Source: Candidatus Helarchaeota ASGARD archaeon Hel_GB_B
Lineage (GTDB): Archaea; Asgardarchaeota; Lokiarchaeia; Helarchaeales; HEL-GB-B
NCBI GenBank assembly: GCA_005191425.1
Contig: SUPR01000145.1
Span: forward strand, 1-6,753
Direction of reading: 5' to 3'
DNA length: 6,753 nucleotides
Shown: positions 1-5,319 of the stretch, piece after piece
How positions within the stretch are numbered: the first letter of the stretch is position 1
Layout: each line of letters starts with the position of its first letter
Position numbers and translations under genes: made by a program
The notes under the pieces: model-generated
Told to the model about the DNA's origin: nothing
What the model saw: only the letters and a program-made list of their open reading frames with translations
Databases searched by the model: none

Positions 1-5
1 ATAAG

Positions 6-13
6 AAAAAAAA
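6..13 (-). terminator. Oligo-T tract, candidate archaeal intrinsic terminator of the PH-domain gene
   Basis: A8 on + (T8 on -), beginning 6 nt after the TAA stop at 20-22. Oligo-T termination is established for archaea. T-runs are common in this AT-rich DNA. Confidence 0.5.
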
Positions 14-19
14 TTGACT

Positions 20-493
20 TTAACCACTTAGCACTGTTTTCAAAATATCTTCGACTTTTTCAATATTAGATATATCTCTTAATACTGCTTCTGCCTCGTT
101 ACCTACTTCTTCACCTGTATAAATTTGAATATCACCTGTCCCCCATATACGATCAATAAAAGACTTTTTTACCTTATAAAATTCGATCTTATCGACCATA
201 ACATTAATCATGTCCTTATTAATTATACCTTTACTTATTACAATCTTGTCGTCATATATAAAGTAAGTAACAGATTTCCACTTGAAAAGCTGGATAATTA
301 ACCAAATGCCTAATACCAATAGCACTATTGAAAATGTTAGAATTAAACTAAACCCTAATAATTGGTTATATTGTCCCAAGAAAAACCCCGCAACAAGTCC
401 GCAAATATCAATGATTATTAATATTAAAACATGTATAAAATAGTTTAACCAGAACGGATTGTCTGACCATAATAATTTTTCTTCACTACTCAT
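20..493 (-). CDS. Membrane-anchored bacterial-type PH domain protein (bPH_2 / DUF304, YdbS-like)
   Basis: Two hydrophobic helices (YFIHVLILIIIDICGLVAGFFL; LLGFSLILTFSIVLLVLGIWLII) are followed by TYFIYDDKIVISKGII...KIEFYKVKKSFIDRIWGTGDIQIYTG...LRDISN. This matches the bPH_2 pattern Y-x-x-x-x-x-R/K-I-x-I-x-x-G...R-x-x-G-x-G-x-I-x-I-x-T. I prefer the ATG at 493 over the GTG at 502 because GTGGT (498-502) then lies as an RBS. Confidence 0.85.
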   Translation of the reverse strand: MSSEEKLLWSDNPFWLNYFIHVLILIIIDICGLVAGFFLGQYNQLLGFSLILTFSIVLLVLGIWLIIQLFKWKSVTYFIYDDKIVISKGIINKDMINVMVDKIEFYKVKKSFIDRIWGTGDIQIYTGEEVGNEAEAVLRDISNIEKVEDILKTVLSG

Positions 494-902
494 TATTACC
501 ACAATTATTTATTTTCTATTATTTTAATAATTGATAAGATAATAGACTTTAGGAAATTAATATTTTTTTCTTAAATTTTTAAAAAATATTTGTTCCTTAT
601 TTTTACCTATTTAACTATTTTTTTTATAAATTTTTTATATCGATGAATTTTTTATTGAATTTTTTGTGAGTAAAAAATTTAATATCCCCCTAAATCAGAT
701 ATTAAACGCCCAATTTTCTCCTTTTTTAAATGTATCATTACTTTTAAATTTAGAATTGAATAAACGGAATTTTAAAGTTGATTAAACAAATTAAAAATTT
801 AAAGTTTATTTTTTAATTACTTTTAAAAAATAACTATATTCAAGCAAGATATTTTAGGAAAAATGATTGTACAAATCCATAGAATAAAATAATAGAAATA
901 AA

Positions 903-1178
903 TTATGGTTGAACATCGTCTTTATTGGAGAAAATGACCGCGATTTGCTCTAGATTCTCGAAATATTCACCAACGAAATTATCTTCCTCAAAAATGGTTT
1001 CAATTTCCTCCAGAAGAGAATTTATTTTAACATATTTACAAGTCCCGCATTTATCTAACTTACAATTTGAGCATTGTTTTTTTATTTTTCTAATCAGAAG
1101 AATTGTTAATGAAACCCAAATTTTTATAATTCTTGTTAATTTTGGGTCATTTATCTTGTTTTCATCCATTTTATTCAT
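903..1178 (-). CDS. Small hypothetical protein with a four-cysteine cluster (putative Zn- or Fe-S-binding)
   Basis: Open frame MNKMDENK...KKQCSNCKLDKCGTCKYVK...NKDDVQP*. It has a basic/hydrophobic N-terminal helix, C-x2-C-x4-C-x2-C (1038-1073) and an acidic amphipathic C-terminal half. Its GC is visibly higher than in the flanking spacers. The start is uncertain (TTG 1181, ATG 1178 or ATG 1169). No family recognised. Confidence 0.6.
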   Translation of the reverse strand: MNKMDENKINDPKLTRIIKIWVSLTILLIRKIKKQCSNCKLDKCGTCKYVKINSLLEEIETIFEEDNFVGEYFENLEQIAVIFSNKDDVQP

Positions 1179-1475
1179 CAATAATATAATTTATTTTTTT
1201 AAATAAATACTTTATTTCCCTATTTTATGAAATATACTTTTAAATTATTAATGATGTAATACAATTCTCTGCTATTTTAATAGAAATTTTAATAATATTT
1301 TATGTAAAATTTTTTCATTTTATTAATACTTTTGTTACACTTTTTAGATATTTCTTACCAAAAAAATAGCCATATTTATTAAAAACATTTTTTGCAAGTT
1401 TATTTGTAATTTATTTAAATTATATGTTAGATAAATTTAAAATTACCATTTTAAATAGGTAATTCATCGAAAAAT

Positions 1476-1480
1476 GAGAT
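1476..1480 (+). promoter_or_regulatory. Shine-Dalgarno-like site (GAGAT) for the propeller gene
   Basis: The context is GAGATATAAAAATG. Four other genes here have a similar layout: GTGGTAATAATG, GGTTATACAAAATG, GTGGTAATTAAAATG, GTGATATAAAATG. All are variants of the archaeal GGTGAT SD followed by an A-rich spacer. Confidence 0.4.
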
Positions 1481-1486
1481 ATAAAA

Positions 1487-2860
1487 ATGAAAAAGCTTAG
1501 AATTAAATTGTTGAATTTTATTGTTTTGATAATATTAATGAATTCTTTGTTTGTAAAATTTGTAAATGCGACTCCAAATTATGGAACTCCGATTGATAGA
1601 ATAACATCAGTATTGTGGGAATATAATTCGCATAATTCAAAAAATATTATTCAATTACAAAATTATGATAAGCCAAACATTTACTTTTTTTCAGTTATAG
1701 GGAATCAAAATAATTCTACAAATAATGTAACACTATTATTAAAGGATGGGACAATCTATTGGAACAATTTTAGTGTTTCATCGTCCATTACTTCAATAAA
1801 AGTTTCAGACATAGACAATGATGTTGAGCCTGAGATTATTGTAGGGACCTTACAGAATGGTCTTTTTATTTTTAAAACAACTGGATTTGGGGTTCCAGAA
1901 TATATAGTCCCAATTAATAATATTACGGCAATTGGTATTAATAATTTAAGTAAAGATGCCGGAAAAGAAATAGTAATTTTCAATGAAGATAAAATTAGCG
2001 TGTATCTAAATAATGGTACTCTTTTATGGAATTATGACCTTCCATTAAATGAAACAGTAGATGAAAATTGTTATATTATTCATGATATAAACTCGGATAA
2101 TGTAAAAGACGTAATTTATGGAGCGGGAAATTATTTAGTTGCGTTAAATGGGAAAAATCAGACTCAATTTTGGAATAAGACATTGTCCAGCAAAATATAT
2201 TCGTTAGAGATAGGAGATATTGATAATAACGGTATAAATGATATAATTTTAGGGATGGACAAAAATTTAACGTTGATTAATAGTATAAATGGGGATATAA
2301 TTTGGAGTACAAATGGTACCAATCAAATGGCTGTTTCAGGATCCGTAAAAAATATAATATTACAGGACACAAATAAAGATTTCGGGACAGAAATTATCTG
2401 CTCAAGTATAAATAAATCAGGTGGAATTTGGCCCGTGATTTATAAATTTAACAGTAGTGGGAATTTGATACAATTTGCAATTGTTAAAAATGGAAACGGT
2501 AATATAACAAATATAGTACTGGGCGATATCAATGGTGATGGGCAGAAGGAGTTCGTGTCATCAGATACTTTTGGGCAGGTGATTGCTTGGACTTTAAATT
2601 TAAGAGTTATTTGGAATTATACGTATTCAAGTCCTATTTATTCAATGGTAATGGGTTTCATCAATTTTGATAACATCCCGGACATTTTAATATCTTCAAT
2701 AGATGGATTTGTTCTGGCGATCGGAGTACCTACCGGTTCAATAAACTTAATATTATTTTATTCTGCAATAGGGATTGGTGTAGGAATTTTCGTTGGAAGT
2801 GTAATATTAGTGTTTTTTGGAATTAGGAAATTAATGCATGATAATAAAAAAAGAAATTGA
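1487..2860 (+). CDS. Cell-surface beta-propeller protein with FG-GAP/VCBS-like Ca-binding repeats, signal peptide and C-terminal TM anchor (type I membrane glycoprotein)
   Basis: Signal peptide MKKLRIK-LLNFIVLIILM...VNA|T (predicted cleavage after A28). Seven D-x-D/N-x-D-x-x-x-D/E loops at aa 108, 153, 200, 244, 294, 347 and 391. PQQ-propeller-like G-x-x-x-W strands (DGTIYW, NGTLLW, NGDIIW, plus NQTQFW and NLRVIW). TM aa ~421-445, then the basic tail RKLMHDNKKRN. Confidence 0.85.
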   Translation: MKKLRIKLLNFIVLIILMNSLFVKFVNATPNYGTPIDRITSVLWEYNSHNSKNIIQLQNYDKPNIYFFSVIGNQNNSTNNVTLLLKDGTIYWNNFSVSSSITSIKVSDIDNDVEPEIIVGTLQNGLFIFKTTGFGVPEYIVPINNITAIGINNLSKDAGKEIVIFNEDKISVYLNNGTLLWNYDLPLNETVDENCYIIHDINSDNVKDVIYGAGNYLVALNGKNQTQFWNKTLSSKIYSLEIGDIDNNGINDIILGMDKNLTLINSINGDIIWSTNGTNQMAVSGSVKNIILQDTNKDFGTEIICSSINKSGGIWPVIYKFNSSGNLIQFAIVKNGNGNITNIVLGDINGDGQKEFVSSDTFGQVIAWTLNLRVIWNYTYSSPIYSMVMGFINFDNIPDILISSIDGFVLAIGVPTGSINLILFYSAIGIGVGIFVGSVILVFFGIRKLMHDNKKRN

Positions 2861-2875
2861 AAAATATGATAAAAA
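2846..2875 (-). terminator. Clustered oligo-T tracts downstream of the C-GCAxxG-C-C gene, overlapping the 3' end of the convergent propeller gene
   Basis: The minus strand reads T5 (2871-2875), T5 (2860-2864) and T7 (2846-2852) right after the stop at 2881-2883. Only 20 nt separate the two convergent genes. Confidence 0.4.
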
Positions 2876-2880
2876 TCTAA

Positions 2881-3399
2881 TTAAAGTCTTCCTTTCTTTT
2901 CGAGTTTTATTAATTGTCTTTTAAATGTATCTCTAATTATTTCCAGGGCACCTACTACGTGTAAATAGCATTTATTTTCCCAGACTCTTTTTTTATGATA
3001 TTCACGCATACCTTCCGATGTGGTCATGTCAATATTTATCAGATCATAACAACTAGTTGCGCCAAATCTTTTTCTAAATTGGGATAAAAATTTCATGCCT
3101 ACTGATGCCGCTTTAAATTGGTCCAATGGTTTTTGCTTTTTACCACCGCCTTCGATTAAACCCACAATCATAAGTCCAGACGCCACCGCACCGCAAGCTC
3201 CAGAAATACATGCTAAGGGAGCTGCTAAATTTTGTAAATATTGGTCATCAATCTGTAAAACTTCTTTTAAACTTAACATGGTCCATACTGCGCAATTTTT
3301 CTCTACCATCTCAGGTGTATAATATTTTTGAGGTAATGTCTCCTTTAATTCTTTGATTTTTTCGTTGAATCTCGAAATAATTACTGATTCTTCATTCAT
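2881..3399 (-). CDS. C-GCAxxG-C-C family putative redox-active protein
   Basis: The four family cysteines are in order: KNC36A, GAC69GAVASG, FGATSC117YDL and NKC144Y...V. An extra C64 is present. RBS-like GGTTAT at 3405-3410. No signal peptide or TM segment seen. Confidence 0.85.
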   Translation of the reverse strand: MNEESVIISRFNEKIKELKETLPQKYYTPEMVEKNCAVWTMLSLKEVLQIDDQYLQNLAAPLACISGACGAVASGLMIVGLIEGGGKKQKPLDQFKAASVGMKFLSQFRKRFGATSCYDLINIDMTTSEGMREYHKKRVWENKCYLHVVGALEIIRDTFKRQLIKLEKKGRL

Positions 3400-3441
3400 T
3401 TTGTATAACCTTTTTTAAAAATGCAGTTTATCATATTTCAA

Positions 3442-3449
3442 TTATAAAA
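3442..3449 (-). promoter_or_regulatory. Candidate TATA box (TTTTATAA) for the C-GCAxxG-C-C gene
   Basis: TTTTATAA lies on the - strand 43-50 nt upstream of the ATG at 3399, preceded by a purine-rich BRE-like stretch (AATAAAAATG). This would give a ~20 nt leader containing the RBS. TATA-like words are frequent in AT-rich DNA. Confidence 0.3.
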
Positions 3450-3801
3450 CATTTTTATTAATTTAACAGCAATTTAAAACTATTTCCGGTCCAAACGTGA
3501 AACGTGAATATTCTTACAGACAAAATAAAATTTAGAAACCGAATTCTTAATTTTAGGTATTTATTCATGATTTTTATTGATTTGACGAAAAATTTTTTCG
3601 TTTATTTAAGGGTAAATTTAAGTTTGAATTGATATTTAATTCTTACTTTACGAGATATTAATCCATTCAAATTAATTTAAGTTCATAGAGACCAAAAAAG
3701 GATTAGATTAAAATAAATCTTTAATTAAAATCTTTTAATATAAATTAAATTAAAGATAATATTACCAAATAAAACTAAAATTTTATTTGTCAAAAAAATT
3801 A

Positions 3802-3806
3802 GTGGT
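3802..3806 (+). promoter_or_regulatory. Shine-Dalgarno-like site (GTGGT) supporting the ATG at 3814
   Basis: AGTGGTAATTAAAATG, with 7 nt between site and ATG. It is nearly identical to the GTGGTAATAATG context of the PH gene. Confidence 0.5.
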
Positions 3807-3813
3807 AATTAAA

Positions 3814-5310
3814 ATGAACCTATATGCACAATTAGAAGATATAGTTGGTCCAGACTATGTTTCTAATGAAGATTTTGTATTAGAAAGTTATGCACACGGT
3901 ATAACAGGGGTAGGAACTAAAAGGCCAGCAATAGTAGTAATTCCAGAATCAGCGCAGGAAATAAGTGAGATATTAAAAGTTGCTAATAAAAAGAAAATGA
4001 ATGTAATTCCAAGAGGTGGTGGAGCTGGGCTTTTAGAGGGAGTGCTACCGTTAGTTTCAGGTGGAATTGTTATTGATATGACTAGAATGAATAATGTAAT
4101 AGATTTTAATGAAAACACGATGACAGTTACTGTCGAATGTGGGATAACATGGGGAAAGCTTAATTCATTTTTAATGGAACGAGGTTATTATACAGGCACA
4201 TTAGGCCCAGGTTCCGGCATGTCTGCAGTAGTAGGTGGTGGATTATCACATAATACAGTTGGTGGTGGAGGCGCTGCGAAGTACGGAGCAGTAACAAGAC
4301 ATTGTGTTGGTCTTGAAGTTGTGCTCCCAAATGGTCAAATTCTTACGTTAGGGTCAAGTGCCAGTAAATATATTAAAGAGCCATTTAGTAAATGGGGGCT
4401 TGGTCCAGATTATTTGGGGTTGTTTTTGGGAGACCAAGGAATACATGGCGTCAAGACAAAAGCCACATTATTAGTTTATCCAAGGCCGAAGTATAGGGCA
4501 TATAAGACGTTTTCAATCAGGAGAAGAGGAGATAAATTATGGCCAGAAATTATTTTAGAGCTGCGGAAAAAGGGAGATCTAGGTCTATATGATGTTTTTT
4601 ATTTTCCTGAACTTATTATGCAAGCTCTTCAAGGATTATTAATAGTAAAAGACATTGTTGTGTTTAAATCAATTAAAGAGCGCGACCCAAAAGGGAGAGC
4701 AGTGATGTTTTATACAATGGAAGCAGAAACTCAAGAAGCATTAGAAGCAAACCAAAAAATTGTGGACGAAATTTTTCTAAACAAAAAAGGAATTACCGCG
4801 TTTGGCCCAGAAATAGAAGACGGAAATATTGCAAAATGGCACTATGAAATGAACGGACATTGGCAGGTATATCACGGTTTCTGGGGCGTTATGGGTGAAA
4901 AGTCGGTCCCGCAAACTGGAGAGCACCACATTCCTGTACACCAATATCCAGACTTAATGAAGAAATTTGAGAAATGGGAATCAGAGAATTCAGAATTATT
5001 AAATAAAGTTAGGGCTATGTCTGGTGTTGGAAGTAGTCTATTATGTGATCATACAACAGTAGAAGTAGACTCCGGTCTCACTATTTACAATATCCCCGAA
5101 TATCATGAAATAAATGACAAATTATGGCGTAGCTATTTAAATATGATTGTAGAGTCAGGCGGTATGCCCTATATGGCGGGGATGCGGTTCTCAAGGGCAT
5201 TAATTGACGTAAGCGCCTTTTCTGACGAATTCTATAGTTTTATGAAGACAATTAAGGATACATTAGATCCGAACCATATTTTAAGTAAAGGAAAATATTA
5301 TTTTGAGTAG
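3814..5310 (+). CDS. FAD-binding oxidoreductase, VAO/PCMH-type fold, GlcD / D-lactate-dehydrogenase-like (substrate unknown)
   Basis: Motifs in the expected order: LEDIVGPDYV; PAIVVIPESAQEISEILK; IPRGGGAG (FAD pyrophosphate loop); GGIVIDMTRMNNV; VTVECGITW; VVGG...N...G...KYG; GLEVVLPNG; GPDYLGLFLGDQGIHG; C-terminal IKDTLDPNHILSKGK. The ATG at 3814 (498 aa) is preferred over the TTG at 3787 because of the RBS. Confidence 0.93.
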   Translation: MNLYAQLEDIVGPDYVSNEDFVLESYAHGITGVGTKRPAIVVIPESAQEISEILKVANKKKMNVIPRGGGAGLLEGVLPLVSGGIVIDMTRMNNVIDFNENTMTVTVECGITWGKLNSFLMERGYYTGTLGPGSGMSAVVGGGLSHNTVGGGGAAKYGAVTRHCVGLEVVLPNGQILTLGSSASKYIKEPFSKWGLGPDYLGLFLGDQGIHGVKTKATLLVYPRPKYRAYKTFSIRRRGDKLWPEIILELRKKGDLGLYDVFYFPELIMQALQGLLIVKDIVVFKSIKERDPKGRAVMFYTMEAETQEALEANQKIVDEIFLNKKGITAFGPEIEDGNIAKWHYEMNGHWQVYHGFWGVMGEKSVPQTGEHHIPVHQYPDLMKKFEKWESENSELLNKVRAMSGVGSSLLCDHTTVEVDSGLTIYNIPEYHEINDKLWRSYLNMIVESGGMPYMAGMRFSRALIDVSAFSDEFYSFMKTIKDTLDPNHILSKGKYYFE

Positions 5311-5314
5311 TGAT
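5310..5314 (+). promoter_or_regulatory. SD site GTGAT overlapping the upstream stop, indicating a coupled two-gene operon
   Basis: TAG (5308-5310) is followed by TGATATAAA and then ATG (5320). The gap is 9 nt, and GTGAT is built from the tandem TAG-TGA. Confidence 0.55.
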
Positions 5315-5319
5315 ATAAA

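Noticed and set aside
1038-1073. FYVE or RING finger call for the small Cys protein
   Set aside because: Only four ligands are present; the WxxD and R-x-HH-C motifs and the first zinc-ligand pair are absent.
925-1206. 93 aa ORF on +
   Set aside because: Antisense shadow of the 903-1178 ORF. It reads like reverse-strand codons (rich in S, F, I), has no motif, and the Cys cluster is on the other strand.
737-1246. Recurrent TACTTTTAAA words (739, 818, 1235) and TTTAAAGTT (771, 798)
   Set aside because: These are short, almost all A/T, irregularly spaced and expected at this base composition. They are not CRISPR repeats, iterons or IS ends.
1756-1983. 75 aa ORF on -
   Set aside because: Entirely antisense within the well-supported propeller gene, with no recognisable features.
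1487-2860. Calling the propeller protein a true integrin alpha subunit
   Set aside because: It has no thigh/calf Ig-like domains, no clear FG...GAP strings and no beta-subunit gene nearby. VFFGIRK only superficially resembles GFFKR. Only the Ca-loop repeats and topology are shared.
3095-3322. 75 aa ORF on +
   Set aside because: Antisense shadow of the C-GCAxxG-C-C gene; its Pro/Ala content mirrors Gly/Ala codons on the coding strand.
3787-3813. N-terminal extension from TTG 3787 given in the ORF track
   Set aside because: The extension contains the SD-like GTGGT, and family similarity begins right after the ATG at 3814.
3888-4118. 76 aa ORF on -
   Set aside because: Antisense shadow of the FAD oxidoreductase; the PPP runs mirror GGN glycine codons.
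4918-4929. GEHH in the FAD protein as the catalytic GEHG motif
   Set aside because: It lies ~80 residues too early and aligns better with the E/D-V-x-V-P strand (EHHIP); the true position holds GGMPY.
3814-5310. Alkyl-DHAP synthase (ether-lipid) assignment prompted by the N-terminal YAHG
   Set aside because: The C-terminal HHH catalytic triplet of that family is absent. A three-residue resemblance is not enough.
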